Source: Octopus sinensis (Eukaryota). From it: a DNA stretch of 64,000 nucleotides. The position numbers and the translations under genes were made by a program. Within the stretch, counting starts at the first letter, position 1. Each line of letters starts with the position of its first letter. The stretch covers positions 25,916,001 through 25,980,000 of the forward strand of contig NC_043004.1 of assembly GCF_006345805.1 (NCBI RefSeq), given 5' to 3'. Shown here one piece after another: positions 23,856-36,936 of the stretch. Below the pieces are notes generated by a model. That model did not search any database. It saw nothing but the letters and a program-made list of their open reading frames with translations, and had not been told where the DNA came from.

Positions 23856-23893
<38 letters not shown>

Positions 23894-24194
23894 CAAAATA
23901 AGCAACAAGGATATCCAAGGTAGTGTAGTACAATCGTTTCATGCTACTTCATTTTATTAAACAATGTAAGTATTACATCAGTTTTAAACTGTAAAGCAAT
24001 CTTCAGCCACATATAGATTTTAAAAAAAAATTAAATGGACAATGTACATTTTTATTTCATTTGCCAACATTATAAAGAGGGTAGATATATAGACAGAGAG
24101 GTGATAAAAAATCTACAGATGGAGAAGGAACTTCTACTACCATGTTCTTAATGATAAAATTAAACTCTGTCTATATATCTACCCTCTTTGTAAT

Positions 24195-24335
24195 GTTGGT
24201 AAGAAGCTTGCTTCCCAACCACATGGTTCCAGGTACAGTCCCACGGTGTGACACCTTGGGCAAAGTGTCTTCTACTATTTATGAGTGGATTTGGAAGACA
24301 GAAACTGAAGAAGACTATTGTATATATATATATAT
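24195..24335 (+). mobile_element. SINE family A head
   Basis: tggtaagaagcttgcttcccaaccacatggttccaggtacagtcccac...ccttgggcaaagtgtctt. Confidence 0.8.
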
Positions 24336-24601
24336 TTGAAAGAATGAGTAGAGATGGCTTTTTTGATGGGATAATAATGATGTTTACAGTGAGTTACTCT
24401 GATATGAGTTTGAAAACTGAAAATGTGTTTTACTGGTTGCTTAAAAAGCAAAAGATTTTTTCTTGAAACTTATATCAGAGTAACTCACTGTAAACGTTAT
24501 TAAGTTTAAAATAAAAATTATTGCCTCAAAAATGCCATCTCTACTCATTCTTTCAACTATATATAATACTGTACCAAGGACTTTCTCTTTATTATTCTAT
24601 T

Positions 24602-24664
<63 letters not shown>

Positions 24665-24794
24665 ATATATATTATATATATATATATATATATAATATAT
24701 ATATATATATGTGTGTGTGTATGTATGTATGTGTTTGTATGTATGTATGTATGTGTTTGTATGTATGTATGTGTTTGTATGTATGTGTGTATGT

Positions 24795-24985
24795 GTGTGT
24801 TTGTACTTCTGCTTTCATTTGACAACTGATGCTGGTGTGCTTATGTCCCCATAACTTAGCATTTCCACAAAAGAAACCAATAGAATAAGTACTAGGCTTA
24901 CAAATAATAAGTCCTGGGGTCAATTTCTTTGACTAAGGTGGTGCTGCAGTCATATGATTCAAATAAGTAAAAGAAAGAATAAAAG
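24795..24985 (+). mobile_element. SINE family A 3' half
   Basis: gacaactgatgctggtgtg...tagaataagtactaggcttac...gactaaggtggtgctgcag. Confidence 0.8.
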
Positions 24986-25035
<50 letters not shown>

Positions 25036-25329
25036 GAAATATTGAATTTCTAAATGTCTCAGAAATTTTGATTAATGACCAAAAATCAATTTGTAGCATG
25101 TTTGCTGTTCCTCATTTCATTTTTTGCATTCATTGTTATGAATCAACTTTCTTTTGCGAAATCCTTTGCAATTTAAAAAACAAGAGTGTTATAATCGCAA
25201 GCTCTAAAGTTCATCTCTTCAAGCTTCATAATGCACTTGAAATTTCAAAATTACACAAAATGAATAGACTTTTCGACTTCATTTTCTTTATCATTTTCAG
25301 GATACCAGGTCACTGAATGTTACACGAGG

Positions 25330-28278
25330 TCTAGATTACACACACATTGAAATAAAATTACATGTAAACCAATTTTTGATTCTTGACACATTTTGGAGAT
25401 AAAAATAATTAACATCTATTTATTTAAAATAATTCTGTGTGACTAAATAATAAATAAAGCCAATTAATATTTTTCGTAGACAAGAATTAGCATATCACTC
25501 TCAAATAAAGAATGGAACAGTCAAAGATTGTGTTGTTTTGACAATTCTTAAAACGACATACTGCTAATTGCTTGTTATGTTCAAAATAGTTAAAACTAAA
25601 CAATTCTAATTGATTATTGCTGTAATTACCTTTCAATTTGAAGCCCTTTTTTGTCTTGAACACTGGAATTCTTTCTCTTGATTCGATTCAACTCCTAATG
25701 AAGCTGTCTCAACTGATCTCACAACAAACATTAGCTGATGCTTCTGTTATGAGCTTTACACATCTCTCCACAGCATGGGTGTGGCATGGTAATTTTTCCA
25801 GTTGCATCTAATGCCACTGTTGAATGAAGGTATTGATTTCTTCATCACGAAGATTGTTTAGTAACAATAGCATCCTGCTAGTTAATTATGTCCATGTAGT
25901 TTGAAGCAGTAAAGTTTAGGGTAGGAATTTTGAAAGGTCGTACAGATTTCCCTTTATACTGTGTTTGAGCCTGCTTTATGTCCTTCCATGCTAGTTCTTG
26001 AATGTGGCCCTGTTCATCATTTATCATGGTGGGTAAAATATTTTCTGGCTGTGCAAAGAAAGCATTCTGTTGTATGACTGGAAATACAATGTCTTGTACA
26101 ACTTGATCCATTTCTCTTGAAAACTCACTCGTCTTGAACACATTTAGAGCCCCATTTTCCAAGAAGAGTTGTGTTTAATTGTGAACCACATTGGCACATA
26201 AACTTTCATTATGTAAGCAACAGTCAATTTCATCATGTTAGAAGGATTCTTGGTGGCAACAAACTGCAGTAGCATACAATTTGCAGTTGTAAGCCACTGA
26301 AAATGTACCATTTTACTGGGATTCCTTAATACAATTTCAGATGAATATTTCCTTTCAGAAATAGACTGGTGGATATCAAGAAGTTATTTTTGATTAGTGC
26401 CGAGATTGTTTCTATCTACTGATGTTAAGTCCATTGGAATCTGATTAAATTTCACAACACTTAGTGTTTCACATTACCAATCAGCCCCAAAATCCATGAG
26501 GGCCAATAGTTTTTCCATTGGGATCATTAATAAGATGACGTAAGGGAAGTTCATTTGCATGGAGCTGACACACAAACCAAATGCAATGGCTTCTTCAATT
26601 TATCCCCCAAAAGCCTAATGGTGCCTCCTTTTAGTCTTGTATTGACTGCAGTACCATTGCAACCTACAGCTATCATGTAATTGGTTACTATCTCATTGAT
26701 TTCCAAATAATTCAACAAACCATCAGAAATGGTTTTTGAGGAACTTGTTTTAACAGCAAAGTGCCAATAGATAGCAGGACTCAGGTTCTTCTATCAATGA
26801 AATGTGTTCTTTTTGAATTGTTTTCTTACAAACTGTTTTTCCCATTCGTTTACTTATGAGGGTTGTGTCCCTCCTTCCATCAAAATACACAGCAGACAAT
26901 GGTTTATGTGGCCTACCTTCTTTCTGCAGGGATTTACATTTTCTGGATCATTCTCGCTTTACTTTTGATCTGTCTATAATGAAAGAACATTCACCAGATG
27001 TACTTGCCGTTAAGTTGCTGATGACTGAACTTGTAAGAAGAGCAGCAGCACAGTCTGACACAATGGTGCAGTTACAGGTAGAAGCTAGTTCTGGGAATTT
27101 TATTTGTCTTATTGGTGTTTTTGAACTTTCGGTTTTGCTGACATCTTTTCGTTTCATGGAAAATGGAATTGGAAAATCTTCATCTTCACCCGCTGATCTA
27201 TTTCCAGATTCACTGCTTGATGAAAACACTATCAATTCAGAATCCTTTGCTAACGTATAAGGGCGACTGTGATCTGGCCGATTCTTTCTAATCAACCTCT
27301 GAACATTCTGTTTAAATATTGCTTGATCTATTCTGCCAATGATCATTTTCTGATTTATCCATTGATCCTGTAAAAAAATCTTGTTTTCTCTGTGGCACTT
27401 TTTAAAGGAATTGTACTTGCAACAGGAAATGTCAAATAAATCATTTGTTGCATTATTTTTAAACGCATTTCACTTTGTTTGAAATGATGGCACATTTTTT
27501 TCTATTTTCACAGATTTTAGTATTGCTTGGTACTTTATATAAAAGTTTAAGATATTCAGTTTAACTGACTCAATTGTAATACAAGGAATGGATGCCTTTT
27601 GCCAAAGAAGTATTATCTTTTCTGCTACAATCTTGACAATTTGTTTAATTGAAGGATCTTTCTTAACTACTCTCTTTTCTTTTTCTTATTCAAATAAAAC
27701 ACATTTTAGTATGTCCTTGTAAGTTGGCAAAAGTCACTCGTAAAGATCACATGGAGTACCAAATATTGGGCATTCAATATCATAACATTGGTTTACAAGT
27801 CATCACTAAATGTATACAACACTAAATTTAACACGATCATTAATTTTAATACAATGGCCTAAAGTCAAGGTACAAAGCAGAAAACTTCACACACGTACGA
27901 CATGCAACGTCCACATGCAACAACAGTTGCAGTAGCACTGGAGAGAAGTTCACACTCTCATTCTCTTTATAGTCAATGTGGAACCTCAAGATATTAGTGA
28001 ATTGTATTGAAACTTGGTGTGCAATCTCTTAAGAATGCTATATTTACTGTTTTGCATTTTGCTATGTAGAAATATCTACTCATTATGATTTATAATCCAT
28101 GAAATCCAAAATTTAACCAAAAATAGTGATTTTTAAAATTTTCATTCGTGTTACGGAGCCTGGAAAAAAATATCTAAATACAAAGTTCTTTTATACACCT
28201 TTCTTTTAACCCTAATTTGCAACAAAATATCAATTCTTGGTTACCAGTTTTGAAGGTTGCATTTTTCTCTCCACCCTA
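25330..28278 (-). mobile_element. hAT-like (probably hATm-group) DNA transposon with a frameshifted transposase (about 25640-27785)
   Basis: AVGCNGTAVNT..KGGTIRL; FVCQLHANELPLRHL; FFAQPENILPTM; PCHTHAVERCVKLITEAS; candidate terminal sequence TAGGGTGGAGAGAAAAATGC at 28278; partner TIR not found; subgroup name comes from motif memory. Confidence 0.75.
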
Positions 28279-28767
28279 GTGTAAAATGGTTGGTGATAAG
28301 GAAAACAAAAAGATATACAATAGCATGTCTCCATCCTTCTTCCTATTAAAGATGTATACAGTTGCAAAGATGATTGGATTTTCATTGTTACTCTGTGAGC
28401 TACATGATTGGGGTGGTGGTGATGGTGGTGGTGGTGGGGGGTTATGTCACATAGCTAAGCCATGCTAACATGGATAAAAGATCTTAAATTGAAGGGTAAG
28501 AATGATGATGATGATGAGGAGGAGGATGCCAATGGTGGTGATGAGTATGATAATGATGATGGTAGTGGTGATGGTGATGACAGTGGCTGATAAGGGATTG
28601 GGAATTTGAGTGATAGACAAAACACATTGGTACCCCACCACCTTTCCCTGCAAACAGACACAGAAACAAAGAGATAGCCAACAAGAAGATGAGAAAGAGA
28701 GAGAGGGAAGAGAGGGAGAAAAGAGAGAAAAAGGCAGTCAGACTGACAAAGAAATAGGTAACAAGAG

Positions 28768-28818
<51 letters not shown>

Positions 28819-30157
28819 ACCGAATGTTTACTAATTCCAAGATGCTCTTTCCATCTAAGGCCACTGTCCACTTCACTGTTCTAGCAACTGCAGGGTAGAA
28901 TGTGTGTATGAAGAAATGGGGACGGTCCATGTGTAAGAAAATGTCGGTAGGGGTAGGAAAGATAGAAAGATGTTTCAAATATAGGCTTGGTTGAAGTGTG
29001 AAGGAAAGAGAAAAAGAAATCAAGCAGATGGTGAAAGAAAGAGAGAAAGAAAGAGAGGAATTATAAAAAAGATTGATTGAGATCAGAAGGAAGGAAAGGA
29101 ATAAAGAAAAGGAATTAAAGGAAGTAGAAATGGAAGGAAAAATTTGGGAGATGTTTTGGAGAAAGAAGAAAATTCCAACTGGATTTAGTTGAAGGCAACA
29201 TGAAGGTGGGGAATAGGAAGGAAATTTAAATGTTAATAGTGGGAGCAGGAGGAAATGGAGGGAAGATAGAGTAAAAAGAGAAAGAGTTGGATAGAGAGAG
29301 AGAGAGGGGGGGAGGAGAGAAAGGGAGAGAGGAAGAGAATGAGAGGAGAGGAAGAAAAAAATGAAGGAATTAATACCTGAACTTTTTTTTTCATTTACCT
29401 TTTTTTATGTTTTTCTTTTTTGCTTTCTTTCATTTTGCATGGTGGTGGTGGTTGTGGTTATTGCTGCTGTTGTTTACTGTGCTGCTAAATTTATCCGTTT
29501 CCATTAGTCCAACAAACTCGCATCTGCAGCTAGCTGCCAGAATCAGTTCAGTGCAGATCAGAAAAGTGCACTAGTCCTTAATACATACATACACATACAT
29601 GCACACATTACATAAGTACACGTGCACATACACACATGTGTACATATATACAAAGAAAGATACATATATATGTACACACAAACATATATTCATACATACA
29701 TACAAACACACATACATATGTACACACATACAGACTCACAGGCATACATACATTTACACACATATAAGCACACACATACATACACATATATACATCCATA
29801 CAAATACATACATATGTCTATACAAAGGTTCCTACATACTTACATATATATGTGTGTATGTGTATATGTATGTATACTTTGAAGTTATGCATATATATAT
29901 ACACACATATATTGCTTCTAAATTCTTTCCTCTGTTGATAAATCTAAATTATAACAAAAAGTAATGAAACTAAATAAAATATTTTGTCATGTTTATCTTT
30001 TCTTATTTGTTTGTTGCTGAATTTTTATAATTTTTTTTATTGATGTTTTCATTTACCACGATAGTCTTGTATAGTCCTGTTTATTTAGTCTACCTCTGCA
30101 GTTGTGTAAACTACATTATATGGTCTTTTATAATAAGGGCTACTAAAACAGTGTTCA

Positions 30158-30464
30158 GTGGAGGCACATGGCCTAGTGGTTAGAGCAGCGGACTCGCAGT
30201 CGAGGGATCGCAGGTTCGAATCTCAGACCGGGCGATGTGTGTGTTTATGAGCGAAACACCTAAGCTCCACGCAGCTCCGGCAGAAGGTAATGGCGAAACT
30301 TCTGCTGATCCTTTCGTGACAACTTTCTCTCACTCTTTCCTCCTGCATCTTGCAGCTCACCTGTGACAGACTGGCGTCCCGTCCAGGTGGGGAACCTATA
30401 CGCCAAGAAACACCGGGAAACCGGCCCTTATGTGCCGGTCATGGCTCGAGAAGGAACAAAAAAA
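30158..30464 (+). mobile_element. full-length tRNA-derived SINE, family C (V-SINE-like 3' part), with a 13-bp TSD
   Basis: TGGCCTAGTGG A box; GGTTCGAATC B box; gactggcgtcccgtccagg; A-rich tail; TSD aaaacagtgttca at 30145-30157 and 30465-30477. Confidence 0.92.
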
Positions 30465-30599
30465 AAAACAGTGTTCAACATTAACAGATATAAATATCAG
30501 TACTATTTGCAAAATGAATGCTACAGTCTGACTGACCATATCACCTAAGAGAAGGCTTCACAACATACATCAAATCAAATATTTAGTACATACATACAT

Positions 30600-30792
30600 A
30601 CATTATGGCTGCCCCCTTGTTATCGAGTATGGCCATTGCACGAAGCTTAACTGTTACTGGTGCTGTGATCGAATGTGACTTTTTAGCCCAGCCAAAGATC
30701 TACAATGTCTTGTACAAAATTGGCAACTAAGACCTTTACTGGTAATAGCCGGCTGTAGTTGTAACTGGGCTTCATGTACCTTTGCATGTCGT
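30600..30792 (-). mobile_element. RTE (BovB-like) LINE 3' tip with a C-terminal zinc-finger-like motif
   Basis: CQFCTRHCRSLAGLKSHIRSQH, then a short 3' UTR and (ATGT)n. Confidence 0.75.
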
Positions 30793-30852
30793 TTAAGTAC
30801 ATACATATATACATACATACATACATACATACATACATACATACACACACAT

Positions 30853-30895
<43 letters not shown>

Positions 30896-30918
30896 TACAT
30901 ACATATACATACATTGTC

Positions 30919-31240
30919 TATGGACAACTGCTTCGAAGCCTCCAGCTTCTATATCCAGACCACAAATTCATATTCATACCAATAATAATTGGAGCACTAG
31001 GTTTTGTTAGTAAATGCTTAAAGGAGAATCTGGATAAACTGGGATTTTCAGAAAGAGAAATTGGCTGGCTGATTCGTACATTACAAGTGAAATCTGTGAG
31101 TGGAACAGTAAGAATATGCAAGACTTTTCTCAAGTTCCAAATGTGTATTTGTCTGTGTTAACTACATCCTAAAGATGGAGCCTTGTATCTTTGTTGGAAA
31201 CCGGCCCCTTCCTCAGTGGAAGATTTATAATAATTAAAAA
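30919..31240 (+). mobile_element. Dong/R4-like non-LTR retrotransposon 3' fragment (end of the restriction-like endonuclease domain plus 3' UTR)
   Basis: Stop-free frame 30919-31161: YGQLLRSLQLLYPDHKFIFIPIIIGALGFV...LQVKSVSGTVRICKTFLKF, matching the PIIIGALG...LQ...GT..I C-terminal motif. Confidence 0.7.
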
Positions 31241-31619
31241 TATAGAAGAGACATACATACATGTAAACTAATTGGAAATGGCATGACAAAAGAGGTGTAA
31301 TATAGTGTGGTTTAGTGGAGTGTGTGAAGGGAAATGTAGCATGTTTTTAATGTGCTGCAATGTGGTGTTCTGTGTATACTATACTATGGTGTAGTGTGTA
31401 CTGCAGTGTGGCATGTTGCAGTGCTGTGAATTTGGTATGGTGTTTTTGGTGTAGCGTGGGGTACTATATTGTGCAGTAGCATAGTTGTTTAGACTGATAT
31501 CACTACTTTATCTCTGCTGAATTGACATATGATCAAAAGTATACCTATCTATGACCATCCCTCCTTTTGAGTATCAGGGTCAATGAAGTCCAATTTGTCA
31601 TATCTTTCTTTATTTAAGA

Positions 31620-31690
31620 CTAGCAGAAATACCCGGCATTGCTCAGGATTAAAATGGCATTGTTTTTTTTTATTGTTTTACACGTTTCAG
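31620..31690 (-). mobile_element. Helitron 3' tip
   Basis: a|CTAG cagaaatacccggcattgctcagg (hairpin plus CTAG on the minus strand). Confidence 0.55.
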
Positions 31691-31965
31691 TCTTCTGACC
31701 ATGGCCATGCTGGAGCACCACCTTTAGTCAAACAAATCGATCGCAAGATTTATTCTTTGTAAGCATAGTACTTATTCTATTGTTGTCTTTTGCCGAACTG
31801 CTAAGTTAAGGGTACGTAAACACAGCAACATCTGTTATCAAGCGATAATGGGGATACAAACACAGACACATGTACAAGTATGACTATACACATATATACA
31901 ACAGTCTTCTTTCAGTTTCTGTGCATGAAATCCACTTTCAAGACTTTGGTCGGCCTGAAGCTATA

Positions 31966-31966
<1 letters not shown>
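31685..31966 (-). mobile_element. SINE family A, 5'-truncated
   Basis: ggccatgctggagcacc...agtacttattctat...cttctttcagtttc. Confidence 0.8.
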
Positions 31967-32027
<61 letters not shown>

Positions 32028-32096
32028 TATATATACATATATATTTATATATATGTATATATATATACACATACATATATATATATACACACACAC

Positions 32097-32129
<33 letters not shown>

Positions 32130-32301
32130 CATGTACATATATGTATATACATATACATAAATATACATATATACATATGTACATATACACACACACACAC
32201 ATATATATATATGTCTATATATGCATATATATTCTTTTGTCTTTGAAGACTCACATTGTCATTGAATGCCTGAAATTAAGAGTAGATAGACAGCTGATAA
32301 C

Positions 32302-32353
<52 letters not shown>

Positions 32354-32428
32354 TCATCATCGTTTAGCGTCCGTTTTCCATGCTAGCATGGGTTGGACGG
32401 TTACACACACACATATATATATATATAC

Positions 32429-32481
<53 letters not shown>

Positions 32482-32560
32482 TATATACATATATATATAC
32501 ACATAGACATATATATATGTATATATATGTATACACACACACACATATATATATATATAT
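31966..32560. repeat. compound (TA)n/(CA)n microsatellite field with a small RTE 3' tip at about 32350-32400
   Basis: Direct inspection; catcatcatcgtttagcgtccgttttccatgctagcatggg. Confidence 0.9.
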
Positions 32561-33187
32561 GCATTGTCCTCTATAACTTAGTCGTTTGGCAAAGGAGGTT
32601 GATAGAATGAGTTCTGGGCTTATGAAGAATATATATCTCTTATTATAAAAGGCAGATTTTATCTGCCTCCCTTTGTCTCTTATAGAAAACTAAATATTTT
32701 ACCATTTCACTCTTTCACTCTCCATATTACTCCCACTTCCTCTTTACACACATAGACACGCAAATATATAAATAAAATTGTAAGCTAACATGTGTGTGTG
32801 TGCGCGCGCATGTGTGTGAGTGTGTGTGTGTGTGCATGTGTGTGTGTGTGTGTGAGGGTGCGTGTGTGTGTGTGTGTGCGTGTGTGTGAGGGTGCGTGTG
32901 TGTGTGTGTGTGTGCGTGTGTGTGAGTGTGTGACAGGGATGATCCAGTCAGATTGGTCATCCTTTTTGCTAGAAGATCACCTATGGTCTTATATGCTACA
33001 CCACTGGTTTTCAGTTCATATTAATCAAATTAATATTCACAACAAGAAGGACTATTCATTATAATACATCAGTTCCACACATTTACCCTGGTTCCATTTC
33101 CGACAACTGCACAAACATTTGCCATTTCACACATGTATGTAAACAAATTCCTTTCTTAAAAATTTCAATTCATTTTCTTTTTCAATT

Positions 33188-33709
33188 CATACAAAGTTTT
33201 TTAGGACGAATATAAGATCTAAAGTATATCCAAGTAGCAGAAAGATCGCCCAAAAGTGTATATAGATATTTAAATGTATTTATATATTCATCTATACACA
33301 GATGTATGTATAATGTGTGTGTATATATTTCCATAGACGTAACCATTCACTCCGCACAAAGTTTTTTAGGACGAAAATAAGATCTAAAGTTATCTCTAAG
33401 TAGCAGAAAGATCGCCCAAAAGTGTATATAGATATATAAATGTATTTATATATTCATCTATGCACACATGTATGTATAACGTGTGTGTATATATTTCCAT
33501 AGAGGTAACCATTCACTCCATACAAAGTTTTTTAGGACGAAAATAAGATCTAAAGTTATCTTTAAGAAACAGAAAGATCGCCCAAAAGTGTATATAGATA
33601 TTTAAATGTATTTATATATTCATCTATACACACATGTATGTATAATGTGCGTGTATATATTTCCATATAGGTAACCATTCAATCCATACAAAGTTTTTTA
33701 GGACGAAAA
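33188..33709. repeat. tandem repeat with a 165-166 bp unit (3 copies plus a partial fourth)
   Basis: acaaagttttttaggacgaa at 33191, 33356, 33522 and 33688. Confidence 0.92.
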
Positions 33710-34555
33710 TCTTTATATATAAAAGTGAAGTTGTGTGTCTGTCTACTCCGATTTAGATTCCCAACTACTCCCACATTTTGCGATGCAGTTTAACCAAAAC
33801 CGGGTATCTTATAGTCGTGATTTATATCGAGCCCTTCTGGGTATTAGCGCACGTCTACGATGAGTCTACGATTTTACAAATAATTTACCATCATTTTTTT
33901 CCATTATAATGCATATTTTTTTAATAAAGGGAGGTAACTCTCAAACTTCACACCAATATGCGTGCTCATATGCGACGTAATATCACATCAGCAGCATTTC
34001 CTCACACCCTCCTTGCACTTGGCGAAGGCAAAATACCAGGGGATGAAAATGGTAATATTGCCATCGATTCCATTTGTACCATTGTTAAGACGCCTTCTGA
34101 TCTCAGAGATGCAGTGTTCCCAGATCTACAAGCTAATTATCAGAATATGGATTGGATTGGCAAAAAGGCTATACTGGCCCCGAGGAATAAAACTGTTCAC
34201 CATATTAATGATGAAATGCTAAAACTCATTCCTGGGGAAGTCTATGTATATCAGTCTATCGATACAACTCCTGACCCAGAGGACGTCATCAACTCTCCAA
34301 TAGAGGTACTCAATTCCTTTGAACACCCCGGACTACCACCACACTTTCTCAAACTTAAAGTTGGTGCTCCTATAATGCTCATCAGAAATTTGGTTCCCCC
34401 AAAACAATGCAATGGCACACGTTTGATCGTTAAGTCCTTATCTCCCACCGTAAACTTATATCAATATTTGCCTGAATAATCATCATAATTCAGTGCAATC
34501 ATTAACAGTACTTTCAAGCAATTCAGCCCCGAGCAACGCCAGGCAATTCTGCTAG
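33710..34555 (+). mobile_element. complete internally deleted Helitron (846 bp) retaining a PIF1 helicase fragment
   Basis: A|TC tttatatataaaag at the 5' end; ORF 33958-34479 AILAPRN...LNSFEHPGLPPHFLKLKVGAPIMLIRNL...CNGTRL; 3' hairpin ccccgagcaacgccagg then CTAG|T. Confidence 0.93.
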
Positions 34556-36882
34556 TATATATATAAACGCCAAAATGTCTGTGTATCTCTGTGCCTGTGT
34601 GTCCTTTATACAAATCCACAGTTTTTCATGTAAAAGGCTTGCATTTTCTATGGGCTTTCAAAACTGTCTGAGGGTGGTCGTGAAGATCTTTTCATTTCCC
34701 CAGTTACCCCAGAAAGCCATTTAAAAAATCGATAAACCGACCCCTTATGCCCAAAAGTTATGGGCATATCCATTCGAAATTGCTAAAACATAGAAATTTG
34801 TACACGGTGAGTGTGTACAGCTAGATACGCCAATAGACTGCCAGCTGTTTTTTGATTGGACGGAGATAATTTTACCCTTGACAGTTGAATGCGCATGCGC
34901 ATTTGCAGACAGTCTGTATGACTCAGTGCACTTCTGTGTTTTGTGAAGATGCATTATCATATGTTTTGACTTTCAAACATGCATGCTTTTTTGATTTGAG
35001 AAATTTTCATGAAAGACCAAATATGTTTGATATGCTATCATTCCTTAAGTATGCAATAAAAGAGTTGGAGCCTATTCAATGAATCTGTTTAAGAAGGGAT
35101 TTACTTTTATGCTTTTGGTTGAATTAAGTTATCCAGTGAGAGCCCAGGATGTTTTATTCAAGTAGGATTAAAAATGAAAAATGAGTAAGTTGACCCCACC
35201 AAAAGATTTTCATAAAAAACGTTCGTTTGTTTGCATTAAGCCTAAGATCGAATCATTTGCTACCTACACAGCAAAGGCATAGGGTTATCAGGGTGATCCT
35301 TTTGGTGCAAGAAATTTCAATTTGATTTGAGTTTATCAAAATTACCAATCAATCAGTGGAAGCTCAATAAAACTATTCCTTGTGGGTTTCCACATTTGAA
35401 TTGACTGCAACCTTTTCTTTTAGCCCTAACTTGGGGTATGAATGACCTAAGATACAAAGATTTTCTTAAGTGAAATTCCATGCTTTTGTATTTTGAGTTA
35501 CAAGAGAAAATTGAGATACTAATTAATTTCCAGTCACATTTTCCTGCTCACTAGGAAATTTGAAAACTTTGTCAGCCCTGATTATTCATTTCATTTTGTT
35601 GGTGAAGGTTTGCTTTCATGGTGGTCTTTATCGATTTTCTAACATGCTCCCCCTTTATCTTCAACAAAGCCGCCGAATTTGCGATGATTAATTACCCAGT
35701 GCAGCTGCACCTCTGGGTGGGCTCAGAATCTGCAGAGGCTCAGTCAAACGCGTTAAAAAACATATGCGATGGAAAGGCAAACATAATTTCCGAAAACAAA
35801 GAAAGGGATTTAGCACAAAATGAAGCAATCTTTATTTGTAGAAAGCCTGAGTTTTGTTCTTACCCCATTTTATAGCTAACCAAACAGACACACACTGGTA
35901 CCTAGAACTCATGAGTCATACAGTGTTTCTGCACTAACTTGATTAAGTAAGAACTTTTTATTGAAACACCAGAAATGAACAACAAGCACATGATATGAAG
36001 CATTCAGTTAGCGGGATTGTGCACGTCATTGTTGGACAAAAAAGGAAGAAGAAGAAAGAGAAAAACTCGAATTAGGCCGCACCACAGCATGATTTTGAAA
36101 ATACACATAACTATTGTTTGTTGAGTTCACATTCAGCCTGAGGTCAAATCATTCGCTATCTACATAGCAAGGTGACAAGGGTACTCAGATTATTACTTAT
36201 GGTGCGTGAAATCTTAATTTGATTAGAGTTTGCCCATAACAATCCCTTACAGGCTTCCCCATTCAAATTGGATTACAACCGCTTTCTTTTAGCCTTAACT
36301 TCCACATAATAAGCTCTTTGTTTGCTACCACAAATTGATTGGGTTTTGCCACTTCGCAAATGCCCTAGAAAAAAAAAATTTATAAATACATCTTTCCCTA
36401 AAACATACCATTACAAGCGAAAGCGACTGTTTAAAGAAGATCTGAGAAATCGTAAATTTTCCCCCTTTTTTTACTATTTTAATTCTCAGACTTGTTTTTT
36501 TCAGTATGACTTGTCCACCACCACTGAAATTAATGAACTTTGTACATTCTAACAAATTAATATACAGTTTTAATTTCAAACTTACACCTTCTCTTTTGAA
36601 CATGATAATTTATCAACATTGAAACATTTTAATTTAACAACATTGAAACATTTCTGTTTGTCAACATTGAAACATTTTGATTTGTCAACATTGAAACTTA
36701 TAACGATGTTTTTCTAATTTTACACGTTTACCATTGATAAACCAAAAATATTGTTGAAATTAGTTTGGTATATATGTAAATAAATGTATTTTAAACATTT
36801 ACGAGCTTTTGAAATTTAAGTGCATTTTCAACAACACATTTTCCTATATTTTTTTCCTGCCTGGAAACACCACTCCCTCTTT

Positions 36883-36936
<54 letters not shown>

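Noticed and set aside
26856-27260. 134-aa plus-strand ORF
   Set aside because: Antisense to the hAT-like transposase
31195-31225. Minus-strand CTGAGGA in the Dong/R4-like 3' UTR
   Set aside because: Not followed by GAAA or stem III
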